Shown here piece by piece: positions 39,660 through 52,256 of a DNA stretch of 64,000 nt. The stretch is from Octopus vulgaris (Eukaryota), in NCBI GenBank assembly GCA_951406725.2, contig OX597815.1:27590001-27654000 (forward strand), in the 5' to 3' direction. How positions within the stretch are numbered: position 1 is the stretch's first letter; each line of letters begins with the position of its first letter. Below the pieces are notes generated by a model, which worked only from the letters and a program-made list of their open reading frames with translations, did not search any database and was not told the origin of the DNA. The translations under genes were made by a program, and so were the position numbers.

Positions 39660-39905
39660 CCTCATCACCATCACCATCATCATCATCATCATCATCGTTA
39701 TTATTCACTTCAGTACCAGCACTATCAACAATATTGTTGAATCCCTGCCCCATCATTGTTGTCATCCTCCTCCTCATCATCCTCATCATCATCATCAACA
39801 CCACCTCTACCACCATCATCATTACCATCATCCCTTCAGTCATTATCAGTGTTGTCATCTTCATTATGAAGCCCCCCCGCCACAACCACCCACCACCATC
39901 ACCAC
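39660..39905. repeat. Degenerate (CAT)/(CAC) trinucleotide tract
   Basis: Seen directly; gives poly-His/Ser/Ile ORFs. Confidence 0.85.
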
Positions 39906-41196
39906 TTTGAATGTTGCTACCAACACTGCCGTCATTGTCTGAAGAATATAGCAATGCTTTAATTTCTCGTTGGAATTGCTTTTTAAACAAACATCTAGTT
40001 TGTTGCTCAAAGGAAGAATGTCTAGATAATATTTGTAATTCTCATCTCCTCCCCTGGTTTTTTTTTTTTTTTTTTTTTTCCCTCCACAACACCACTCCTC
40101 CACTTCATCATTTGAACTTTAGAAAACAAAAACAAAAAAAAAACCAAACATAAAAACATAATGTTGCTTTGATTTATTTATTTATTTATTTGAGTTTAGT
40201 TTTACTTAAAACTGTTCTCAGTTTTTATAAATGGGAGAAATAACGGGGCGGAGGGGGCTGTTGCTGCTGCAACTGCTGGCGCTGTTGCTACTGCTGGTGC
40301 TAGTGGGGGTGCCGGTATGGGTAGGGCACGTATGCTATTGATGGTGTTTGCTGATTAGTAATAAAGTACTTTAAATTAATATGACTTATATCCATGTATT
40401 CATGCCTTTGTAGGGATTTTGTATGTGTCAGTGTGTGTGTGCTACTTTTAGCTTCACCTCCCATCCAGCACCTTCTCATTTTTGGTAAGAGAGACAGAGA
40501 GAGAGATTACTTCACATAACCTCGGCTGTATTTAGTAACCTTCCAGCTCCATCCCCCCCCCACCATCACCACCGCCAACATGACATGTGCTACCAGCACC
40601 AAAAAGTAAAAATGAAATTGGTGGGTAGTGGTCATGGTGACGGTTGTAGTGGTAGAGATGTTTCACATAAATCTAGAATATGTTTTATGTTTTTTTTTTT
40701 ACTTTTACGAAGAGAGAGAAATTCACAGAAAGGAGAGAGCGATAGACGGAGGGAGATGGAGATGGAGTCTTGTGTGTACAAACCGATACATGTGACAGGC
40801 GTGTGATGCTGTGTTGCAATGAAATGTGAACTATACAGTGAGAGCAGAGAAGACTACCTTTAATAATAACGACTAGAGAGAAAATGAGCAGAAGTACGAT
40901 TAGTTGGGTGTGCCGTGATGAGAATTCTACTGACACGTTGAGTAGCAATAAGATAGATGTAGCTGTTCAGTTGAGACAGTTTTACACCTCTCACTATTGT
41001 TATCCTCATACTTGGTTTAATTTAAAAAAAAAAAACTCTAAATTCTGGTGGGATTTCGGTGTGTGTGTGTGTGTGTGTTTAGCCTACAGAGACCACAGTT
41101 AAATGAGGGAAGGAAGAAAAACATGTGATTGCCTGGAATATTGTACAAGCTAATTTGAATTGTCAGAAATATATAATGCTATAGTACTAACACTTC

Positions 41197-41745
41197 ATCA
41201 TCGTTTAGTGTCCGCTTTCCATGCTAGCATGGGTTGGACGGTTCAACTGGGGTCTGGGAAGCCAGAAGGCTGCACCAGGCTCCAGTCTGATCTGGCAATG
41301 TTTCTACGGCTGGATGCCCTCCCTAACGCCAACCACTCCGTGAGTGTATCATCATCATCATCATCATCATTTAGCGTCCACTTTCCATGCCAGCATGGAT
41401 TGGACGGTTCGACCGGGGTCTGGGAAGCCAGAAGGCTGCACCAGGCCCAGTCTGATCTGGCAGTGTTTCTACGGCTGGATGCCCTCCCTAACGCCAACCA
41501 CTCCCTGAGTATCATCATCATCATCATCATCATCATTTAGCGTCCGCTTTCCATGCTAACATGGATTGGACGGTTCAACTGGGGTTTGGGAAGCCAGAAG
41601 GCTGCACCAGGCCCAGTCTGATCTGGCAATGTTTCTACGGCTGGATGCCCTCCCTAAGGCCAACCACTCCGTGAGTGTAGTGGGTGCTTTTTACGTGCCA
41701 GGCGAGGCTGGCAAACGGCCACGATTGGATGGTGCTTTTTACGTA
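41197..41745 (-). mobile_element. Three head-to-tail family A 3' ends
   Basis: About 165 bp units, each (CAT)n...aaccactcc(g/c)tgagt, starting near 41197, 41349 and 41512. Confidence 0.85.
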
Positions 41746-41769
41746 ACTAATAATAATAAAAACAACAAC

Positions 41770-43382
41770 AACCCTTTCTACAATAGACACGAGGCCTGAA
41801 ATTTGGGGGAGGGGATTGGTCGATTATATCAGTGCTTGACTGGTTCTTATTTTATCAACCCTGGAATTCTGCTAGCTCGCCACCTTAATAATAATAACAA
41901 TAATGTGTTCTACCATAGGCACAAGGCCTGAAATTTGTAGAAAGGGGACTGTCCTAGTGACCCTAGTGACCCACTGACCCTAGTGTTTCACTGGTACTTA
42001 ATTTATCGACTGTAAAAAGATGAAAGACAAAGTCGACCTCGACAGAATTTGAACTCAGAATGTAGTGACAGGCGAAATACCGCTAAGCATTCTGTCTAGC
42101 ATGCTAACAATTCTGCCAGCTCACCACTTCAATAATAATAATAATTAAAAAACACCATTTAAGCATGATCGTTACCAGCGTCGCCTTACTGGCACATGAA
42201 CAAAGCATTCAAATGAGATCATTGCCAGTGCCACTGGACTGACTCCTGTGCAGGTGGCACGTAAAAGACAACAGTTAAAGCATGGCTGTTGCCAGTACCG
42301 CCTGACTGGCTCTCAGTGGCACGTAAAAGCACCCACTACCCTCTCAGAGTGGTTGGCGTTAGGAAGGGCATCCAGCTGTAGAAACTCTGCCAGATCAGAT
42401 TGGAGCCTGGTGTAGTCATCTGGTTTGCCAGCCCTCAGTCAAATCTTCCAACCCATGCTCGCATGGAAAGCGGACGTTAAACAATGATGATGATGATGAT
42501 GAATAACAACAGTCCTTCCTATTATATGCACAAGGCCTGAAATTTTGTGGGAAGGGAGCTAGTAAATTATATTGATCCTAGTGTTTTAATGGTACTTAAT
42601 TCATCAACCCCAAAAGGATGAAAGGTAAAGTCAACCATGGCAGCATTTGAAACCAGGACATGAAGATCGATTAAATGCCACTAAGCAATTTATCCAACCT
42701 AATCCTTCCTATTATATGTATAAAGGTTGGAAATTTTGGAGTTGGGACTAATCAATTACATCGATTCCAGTACTCAACTGGTACTTTATTTCATCAGCCC
42801 CAAACGGATGAAAGGCAGAGTCAACCTTGGTGGAATTTGAACTTATAACGTAAAGACAGGCAAAATTTTTAGTAGCATTTTGCCTGGCATGCAAACAATA
42901 ATGCTAGCTCCCAGTTTTAATAATAATGATAATAATCCTTTCTACTAAAGGTACAAGGCCTGAAATTTATGGGGAGGGGACTCGCCAATTACAGTGACCC
43001 CAGTGTTTCACTGATACTTAATTTATTGATCCCAAAAGGATGAAAGGCAAAGTTGACCTCAGCAGAATTTGAACTCAGAACATAAAGATGAATGAGATGC
43101 CACTAAGTATTTTGCCCAGCGTACTAACGATTCTGCCACTCACCACCTTTAATAATAATAATATATATATTTTTTTTTTTATTTACTACCTACAAGGGGC
43201 TAAACATAGAGGGGACAAACAAGGACTGACAAATGGATTAAGTTGATTACATCGACTCCAGTGTGTAACTGGTACTTAATTTATCGATGAAAGGCAAAGT
43301 TGACCTCGGCGGAATTTGAACCCAGAACGTAATGGCAGACGAAATACGGATATGCATTTCGTCCGGCGTGCTAACATTTCTA
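41770..43382 (-). mobile_element. Array of about six co-oriented family B SINEs, with one family A copy (42150-42500, +)
   Basis: Repeated aggcctgaaattt...ggtacttaatttatcga...aaagtcgacctcggcggaatttgaac units separated by (AAT)n. Confidence 0.8.
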
Positions 43383-43833
43383 AGAGGCATTAGTTGATTG
43401 GTTAATGCATTGAAGACTGATAGTTGCACAAATATAGGCAGACTTGTAATAATGCATCATGTGTGTTAATATGGTAGACAGTGTAGCCATGTGACGTGAC
43501 TGTACATTTTTGTGTTGGATAATAATAATAAAACAGCTACTGCACAATAGCAGATGTATTGGTTTGAAAACTGCAGCTGGTGGAATTGTCAGCCTGCTAA
43601 CCTTACAGTTGAGGGGATTACTGTTTCATACCATGCTTATGGGAGTATGCTGAATCCCTGGTAAATACACTTAGAAGTTACAAAGGTGATATGACAGAGA
43701 AGCACAGCTTGTGTTAACAGCAGGAATATGATGCGTGACTTGATAACTCTTTTAACTTTCAGTGCCAGTCTCAAATTTTCTTGTAGGTGTATGAATGAAA
43801 AGTTAGTATCGCAAGTTGTGTTACTATTATAAA

Positions 43834-43871
<38 letters not shown>

Positions 43872-44132
43872 AATAATGATAATAATAATAATCTTTAGTT
43901 AAATATATTCAATGAGAATATTATATACTGAATTTATATTGAGTGCTCTAGGGTATCAAAGTATTAATACTATTAAAGTATTCATATATTTAATACGAGC
44001 GATTATATATATGTATAAATATATTTTTTAATAATGTATTATTATTAATATAAGGAAATCAATATCAAAACTCCTTAGAAAGATATACACGTGTGAAAAA
44101 TAATTGTTGTATTAAAAATATATAAATAAATA

Positions 44133-44303
44133 GGCCCAGGAGTGGCTGTGTGGTAAGTAGCTTGCTTACCAACCACATGGTTCCTGGTTCATTCCCACTG
44201 CGTGGTACCTTGGGCAAGTGTTTTCTACTATAGCCTCGGGCCGACCAAAGCCTTATGAGTGGATTTGGTAGACGGAAACTGAAAGAAGCCCGTTGTATAT
44301 ATG

Positions 44304-44336
<33 letters not shown>

Positions 44337-44355
44337 GTTTGTGTGTCTGTGTTTA
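44133..44355 (+). mobile_element. Family C CORE-SINE 5' half
   Basis: ggcccaggagtggctgtgtggtaagtagcttgc...ggtaccttgggcaagtg. Confidence 0.85.
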
Positions 44356-44435
44356 CACTGATTGTAAACTGTCCTTGTAATGTCTCCTCATTTGATGCCC
44401 TGGTAGCAAATAAGAGAAATATTTACTATTACCAT

Positions 44436-44645
44436 AAGGTAGCAAACTGGCAGAATCGTTAGCACTCTGAGAAAAAAAGCTTAGCATTTCGTCCTTCTTC
44501 ACGTTCTGAGTTCAAATTCCACTGGGGTTGACTTTGCATTTCATCCCTTTGGGATCAATAAAATAAGTAACACTTGATACTGGGGTTGATGTAACCAACT
44601 TACCCCTCCCCTAAAATTGCTGGCTTCACACCAAAATTTGAAACC
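44436..44645 (+). mobile_element. Family B SINE
   Basis: ctggcagaatcgttagcac...gagttcaaattcc...gactttgcatttcatcc. Confidence 0.75.
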
Positions 44646-45855
44646 ATTATTACTATTACCATCATCACCAAAAGCAAAAATCCACAGAATTGTTAATGTC
44701 AGACAAAATGTCTTGCAGTATTGTTCCAACCACTTACATTGTTAGTTCAAATCCTAACAAGGTCACCTTTGCCTGTCATTAGGTTGATAAAATAAAAATA
44801 AATTACTAAAGTACTGTGTTCAGTGTAATCAACTAACTGCCTTCTTTGAAAATTGTCAACCTTGTGCCTAAATTAGAAACAGTAATTAGACATTCCAAAA
44901 ATATTGTTTCATTTCCTGATTGTTTCTGTGATGCTAGTCAGTGGTTCTAGAAAAGATCAATCTGTATTGTTGTTTAACACTAGATCAGTTACACCTAAGA
45001 TCAAAGGCTCTCCAGTCGTGGTTATCTCATCTTTTTATATATCTAGGACTGTAACTAATTTGAGGGAGATTTTTTTTGTTGTTATGGGTTCCTATGAAGC
45101 CTCAAACATAGAGGCTTTCTTTTTCTCTTCTTTGTTGACCCAGCAGAACATCCAAACTGTGACAGGTAGAAGATGGGGTCTGTGCCTGTATCTAGTTAGC
45201 ACTCTTTACAATTGAGCAGACTGAAACAGTATGAAATGAAATGAAGTACTCTAATCAAGTACACAACATACACAAATGCATTATCCATTCAATTTTGTTT
45301 TGGATGGCAGAATGTAATTTCAAGGAAATTTAGCAGCTATATCTTGTAATTTAATTGAGCACACAGAGGCTTCTTGCCGACTAGATGATTATAATGATGG
45401 TGATGTCTCCTACGCATATCACATTACTGTATTTACTTCCTGGTATAGTCAGTACTATACTGGTTGACCTACTGAGAGATCAGCACTTCATATCCTATGA
45501 CAGACATTAACTTGTGTCCCTCGCAGTGATTCTGTCCATCTGACTATACATAGATATTGTATAGTGTAAATATATAGCTTTATATGAAAATGAAGTTTTC
45601 TTCCTTCAGGAGTGTCCCTTTGACTCAATAGAACATTGGATTTACCACTACTGTTTACACCATTAAACTCTTCTTGACTCTTACTGGTTCCAGCCATGTG
45701 ACTGAACAGGCTAGAAAATCATTTCTCCATCCTCTTCAAATACTTTCATTATTGTTTTCCTTTTACAGGATGTAGAAGCTGTTTTACAACATCAGTAAAA
45801 TATATAAGAAATAGAAGTTCAATATCTTTGATGAAAGTAGATTGTACCCTGATGG

Positions 45856-46285
45856 GGATCTTTTCGGTTTGAACGGCAGTTTTTTCTAGCGGTGTCATGT
45901 GAAATTGTCACCCATAATTATGACCCTAGTATCGATCTATTGCATTTCAATCTGTTTTAGGGTTAGAGTTAAGGTTAGGGTTAGGGGTGGAGGGAAGGGT
46001 ATCTTTATTTCTTCAGAAATGTAAATAAACCCAATCTGTTTCTTAAACGAGGGACATATTCATACGGCACATAATGTTTTCACCTCAATAGACGTCAATG
46101 ATTAGTTGAAATTGCAGAAATTGAAGAGAAAAAAACAACAAATATCTTACAAACTATAGAATTTTCTCAATAAAGCCAAGAGAAAAAGATGTTTTATAAA
46201 CACATTCTACCAGTATACGATGTTTAAAAGTGTTTAGTTACATGGAAATTATTTTTAAAAACTGTCAGTCAAACCGAAAAGATCT
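45856..46285. mobile_element. MITE with 8 bp TSD and GG-start TIR (Merlin-like)
   Basis: TSD cctgatgg at 45848-45855 and 46286-46293. TIR ggatcttttcggtttgaacggcagttttt. Internal TTAGGG-like repeats. Confidence 0.8.
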
Positions 46286-46449
46286 CCTGATGGTATATCA
46301 TCAACATCATCATCTACGTCATTGTAGTCATCATCATTGTTAGTTTACATCTGATTTTCCATGCTGACATGAGTTAGACAGGTTTGCTGAAATAGTGTTT
46401 TACACTTGGATGCCTTTCCTATTATCAATCCATTTGGTTGTTTCTTATC

Positions 46450-46487
<38 letters not shown>

Positions 46488-46650
46488 TATCTATCAATGG
46501 TGACTATTTACTTCAAAGTTTCCTGTGTACTGGCAACTTCAAACAGTCGTCATTGATAATGAGTATTATTTTAATTCCATAGGCAGTATTGTGTCACTTT
46601 GCAGTGTTTCCAGAGCATATTTAGAATACACAAAGACACAAATATATAAA

Positions 46651-46681
<31 letters not shown>

Positions 46682-47402
46682 ATGTGTGTATGTGTGTGTG
46701 TAAGTGTGTGCGTGCATCATCTCCCTACAGCCTTATTATACTGATGCTCTCCATTTTCCCTATCCTGACACTTACCTCCCCCTCCTTTTTGAGCTACTCC
46801 TATATCTTTCACCTTAACCGCCCCCCCTCCCGCCATTCCATACTGATATTTTCCATACCTTCACCCTTGTTCAACATTCACCTCCACCCCCATCTTTAAC
46901 CATCTGTCTCTCCCCCCCACTCTCTTTATGAACTTTCTCACCCACTCCTCCTGCTCCTCTTATATACTCATTTCCCATACCTTGAGACTATGCTCTAACA
47001 CTTTCTCATCATCTCTGTCTTCCTTCCAGCTTCTCCCACCCACCCCTGTGCCTGTTCTCCACCACCTGACATAAAACCCACGTCCCTCTCTACTGTCTTG
47101 TCAGTTACTTGGTGACCTCACTAGTGCTGGTATCATGAAAGTACACTCATTATAAAGTACCAAGTACACTCTGTAAAGTGGCTAGTATTAAGGAAGGGTA
47201 TTCACCTGTAGAAAACATGCCAAAAGAGATTGTGGAGCTCAACACAATCCTCCTGCTCATGGAATTCTGTTAAACCATCCAACCCATTCCAGCATCATGG
47301 AAGATGGACATTAAATGATGATGATAACAATTTGAGTTTACATCAAAGTGGTAAGGATGAATGTACACATCTATCTTTCTATCTATCTATCTACCTACTT
47401 AC

Positions 47403-47443
<41 letters not shown>

Positions 47444-47564
47444 AAAAGATAGATTGATTGATTGATTGATTGATGGCCCAGGTATGGCTGTGTGGTAAGA
47501 AGCTTGTCTCCCAACAATATGGTTCCAGGTTTAGTGCCACTGAATGGCACCTTGGGCAAGTGTC

Positions 47565-47604
<40 letters not shown>

Positions 47605-47606
<2 letters not shown>

Positions 47607-47795
47607 TGTGTTTCTTCTCTGTGTATCTTTCTGTTGAAGAGCGTAGGCTCGAAACGTTAAAGACTTGTTTTATTTATATTTCCTGAGCGCCATACTAATA
47701 CAATTGTTTGTTTGTATTCCACCTGCCTTCGTCTTTTGTTTATTTCCGTAAACCTGCCTTCGTCTTTTGTCTATTTTCATAAAGCTTCCCGTTAT
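47605..47795 (+). mobile_element. Second Penelope-like pseudo-LTR remnant with hammerhead-like motif
   Basis: Homologous to 14735-14865; contains tctttCTGTTGAagagcgtaggctcGAAAcgttaaaga (47626-47663). Confidence 0.6.
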
Positions 47796-47844
47796 ATATC
47801 ATCATCATCATCATTTAACGTCCATTTTCCATACTAGCATGGGT

Positions 47845-47876
<32 letters not shown>

Positions 47877-49234
47877 AGAGATTATATTTTGATTGATTCT
47901 TTTTTTATTCTAGTTTCAGCTCACGAGCTGTGGCCTTGTGTTTGTTCCCCACCCCACTTGACAGCTGTTGTTGGTGTGTTTATATCTTAACTTAGCAGTT
48001 TGTTAAAAAGAAACTGATAGAACAAGTACCAGGCTTTAAAAAAACAAAACAAAACAAAAAGTACTGGTGTCAATTCATTTGACTAAAAATTCTTTAAGGC
48101 AATGCCCCAGCATGACCATAGTCCAAGGGGTTATGATAGAAGAATCTTGCTAAAAGAACTACACTGCAGGACTGAATCTGAAACCATATGGTTGGGTTGC
48201 AATGCAAGCCTCTTAACCACACAGCCAAGCTGGCATCTTTATACTGTATATAGCACTATTATAGCATATAATGAAGAAATAGTAAAGGAGTCAAACAACA
48301 TCATAAATTAAAGGATGAAGTCAATAATGTCCTTCTCCCTACCATTGCCACCCTAGTTTTTTTTTGTTTTTTTTAAACAATTCTTCTCTCAATGTGAACA
48401 CCTGTGCTTACACCCACACAGATTGCCCTCTTTTTATTTTTAATTTAATTATTATTATTAATCTTATTGTTATTGTTGTTGACATCATTATCATCATCTG
48501 TCAATTCATATATATATATATATTCAGATTTTTGTTTAGTTTCTGGGGTCCAACTCAACTTGATCTTCAAGTGGTAGAGGTATTTGTTCAGGTTTTCATT
48601 CATAAAATGTCAGCAGCAACAACAACAACAACAACAACAGCCATCATCATCATCATCATCATTATTATAATCATCATTATTGTTATTATAATAGCAGGTC
48701 TTATATGTATTCAGATTCAGCACTTCCTATTTTAGGTAGAACCTTTTATCAGCTGCCTTACCCTAGACATACTACCACCACCACCAGCACCACCATCACC
48801 ATACAGGCTACTGTTCCCTTCCCCTATCACTCCATCCCCCAGGCATACTCACACACACTCTTAATGCTTCCTGCTCTACCACCACTATCACCATCACCAC
48901 TGCCAAGACAAACTCTCCCCTGCCTTCTGTCTATCACCCCTCTAAACCTAAAACCAAGTCCTAGGCAGCTGATCACACAACACTTTCACTACAGCTGTAA
49001 TGATATTGTGTGTCCTTTATTCAACTGAATCTGTGATCACTCCTCAACTGTTCTCTCTGCATATATAGTTCACTAACACACACACTCACTGTCTCTCTAC
49101 ATATCCCCCTTCTGTTTCTCTGTGAGTGTATGTATCATTTGAATAAAATTATAACATGGTTTGGTTTTCATGTTTTTTATTAGTGTATTTAAACAATATT
49201 TTTTTTACAGTGTTGAAGTGTGTTAAACATTAAA

Positions 49235-49686
49235 AAAAAAAAAAAATTGTAATGTTCATAGAGTGCAATTAGGGCTTTCATACGTTTATAGTAATCATCA
49301 GATTTCAAAATGTATTTAACTGACAGTTGAGCTCTTGACACCTTTTTGAAGACTCCCACCAATTGAAATAAAAACGAAATAATCAACTAAGTTTGCTCAC
49401 TCATAAAACTATTACATGTACACTGCAAGTTAATTGGTTAAAACAAAGGTAATATCGGTGTGCCCAGCAAACTGTGACATTTAAGCTCCATGCTGATTGG
49501 TTAAAACCCGTATTCAAAAAATTCAGCTTGTTGGAACCTTCTAAAGATATAAAAAAGGAAGTCAGTCATTTTACTACTGTTGTCAAGAACTCAACTGTCA
49601 GTTAAATACATTTTGAAATCTGGTGATTACTACAAAACATATGAAAGTGCTAATTGAACTTTATGAACATTACAAAATATTTTTTT
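49235..49686. mobile_element. Long-TIR (~105 bp) MITE
   Basis: ttgtaatgttcatagagtgcaattag...aactgacagttgagctcttgaca (49247-49340) is the reverse complement of tgtcaagaactcaactgtcagtt...ttatgaacattacaa (49582-49675). Confidence 0.75.
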
Positions 49687-49687
49687 G

Positions 49688-50110
49688 GGATCTTTTCCTT
49701 TTGAACGGCACTTTTCAACACAATTTCTAGTTAACTAAACACTTTTAAACTTCGTATACTGGTAGAATGTGTTTATAAAACATCATTTTTTCTTGGCTTT
49801 ATTGAGAAAATTCTATATGTTGTAACGTATTTCATCTTTAATTTCGAGCATTTCGGCAATTTTAAGCAATCGCTGACCTCCATTTAGGTAAATAACATTC
49901 TGTGCATAATGAATATGTCCTTCGTTTAAGAAACAGATTGGGTTTATTTACATTTGTGAAGAAAAAAAGATACCCTTCCCCAACCCTAACCTAACCCTAA
50001 CTCACCCTAACTCTAACCCTAAATCTAAAATAGATTGAAATGCAATAGCTTGATACTAGGGCCATAATTATGGGTGACATTTTCATTTGACACTGCTAGA
50101 AAAAAATCCC
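49688..50110. mobile_element. Diverged, inverted copy of the 45856 MITE
   Basis: Starts ggatcttttccttttgaacggcac; interior is the reverse complement of 45880-46250 and has (CCCTAA)n-like repeats at 49980-50025. Confidence 0.75.
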
Positions 50111-50720
50111 ATTTTCCGGAGCCATAGTTGAAGATAATTGCCCAAGATGCCACACTGTGGGACTGAACCTGGAACCATGTGGTTGGGAAGCAAACTTCTT
50201 ACCACATACCTCACCTATATATTGTTTATGTATAGTTTATATATTTTTACTTCAGATTCTTCTAAACTTAGAAAGGACACATGGGCACACAGACACATAC
50301 ATAAGTTCAACCATTTATTTATATATAGTGTATATACATTTTTGCATACAAACATATATACAAGTATACATGATCATTCATATATATATATACATTGATA
50401 GGCACCTGAGTGGATTTGGTTGATGGGAACTGTGAAAGTATATTGTACATGTGTATGTACATATATGTATATGGCAACTAAATGAATGGATACCTCTTCA
50501 AATATTTTATCTACTCCATACTTCTAACGGTCAGCAATGGTCTTCTTCGATCATGAGTGGACGGCCATCATATGTTGTATGTGGCAACTAAATGAATGAA
50601 TACCATCAAGTACTTTATCTACTCTCAACTTCCAGTACTCAATTTTTATTGTCCTCTAATCAAAGATATCCAAGCTGTAACTATCTTGTCTTTATAGGAA
50701 TATGTTGAACTAGATTATCT

Positions 50721-51060
50721 AATATGACTTTATGTTGGGTGTGATTTGGCAGGTTTGGTTGCTATTTCTAATATGTCAAGTGACCATATCTCTATATGGT
50801 CACTTGACATAAGTGATTCTCAACCAGTGTCCATATAGCCCCTAGGGGTCCATATAAAATTTTTGGAGGTCCACACAAGCAAAATAGTAAATATGACCTT
50901 ATGTTGGGTGTGATTTGGCAAATTTGGTTGCTATTTCTAATATGTCAAGTGACCATAACTCTATATGGTCACTTGACATAAGTGATTCTCAACCAGTGTC
51001 CATATAGCCCCTAGGGGACCATATAAGATTTTTGGAGGTCCACACAAGCAAAATAGTAAA
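50721..51060. repeat. 169 bp tandem duplication, each unit with a ~40 bp hairpin
   Basis: aatatgac(t/c)ttatgttgggtgtg at 50721 and 50890. Confidence 0.9.
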
Positions 51061-51272
51061 CTGGGGGAGCCACAAACAGTATTTTAAGGGTCCATGAAAA
51101 AATTCAATTTAAATGTATTTATTGCCAGAAACAGCTAAGTTTCTTTCTTTAACATTTTACATAGTTCGACCTACACAAGTTAAAGTGTGAAAAACAAAAT
51201 AGGGATTTTGAAAGAAATATCTATAAAACTAGCTTTTAAACATCAAATAGCTATAGGAGTCCACCAAAATAG

Positions 51273-52256
51273 AATAGTAATCAAAAGGGTCCTTAGGTTG
51301 AGAACCACTTGAAGCTCCCTTTACTAAGAACTATGAAAAACACCAGGTTAAAAATGTTGTATTGCTTAGTTTTTCATAACTAAAATTATTTTCATATGTT
51401 GGGATATTTAGATATTTGCTTGTTGAAGTAATTTATCATATCTAGGCTCTCTTCTTATCTTTTCATTAATGTCTCTGTATCACTCTGTTGACAAGACTAT
51501 CGGATGTTGTTATACACCGCTGATCAATATGCGCTTCTTCGCATTGTTGTGGCTTTTGAATAATGCTACCCTGCTGACTGGGCAGGCTGGCTAACATTCC
51601 CCCAAAACAGAATGCCAGTCCATCACAGGGTTATCTATTTACAGCCAAGTGGACGAGTACAATGTGAAATGAAGCAATTTGCTCAAGAACACAACAAATA
51701 GTAATCAAAAAAGCCCTTAGGTTGAGAACCACTTGTGGCTCCCTCTACTAAGAACTATGAAAAACACCAGGTTAAAAATGTTGTAGTGCTTAGTTTTTCA
51801 TAACTAAAATCATTTTCATATGTTGGGATATTTAGATATTTGCTTGTTTGTTGAAGTAATTTATCATATCTAGGCTCTCTTCTTATCTTTTCATTAATGT
51901 CTCTGTATCACTCTGTTGACAAGACTATCGGATGTTGTTATACACCGCTGATCAATATGCACTTCTTCGCATTGTTGTGGCTTTTGAATAATGCTACCCT
52001 GCTGACTGGGCAGGCTGGCTAACATTCCCCCAAAACAGAATGCCAGTCCATCACAGGGTTATCTATTTACAGCCAAGTGGACGAGTACAATGTGAAATGA
52101 AGCAATTTGCTCAAGAACACAACAAATAGTAATCAAAAAAGCCCTTAGGTTGAGAACCACTTGTGGCTCCCTCTACTAAGAACTATGAAAAACACCAGGT
52201 TAAAAATGTTGTAGTGCTTAGTTTTTCATAACTAAAATCATTTTCATATGTTGGGC
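51273..52256. repeat. ~425 bp tandem repeat, about 2.3 copies
   Basis: aatagtaatcaaaa...ccttaggttgagaaccactt near 51273, 51697 and 52125; units near-identical. Confidence 0.9.

Noticed and set aside
39276-40153. ORFs of 122-197 aa
   Set aside because: Largely kept open by trinucleotide repeats; no recognisable domain or splice structure.
45955-45990. Chromosome-end or fusion telomere relic
   Set aside because: The repeats are short, degenerate and internal to a TIR/TSD-bounded element present three times.
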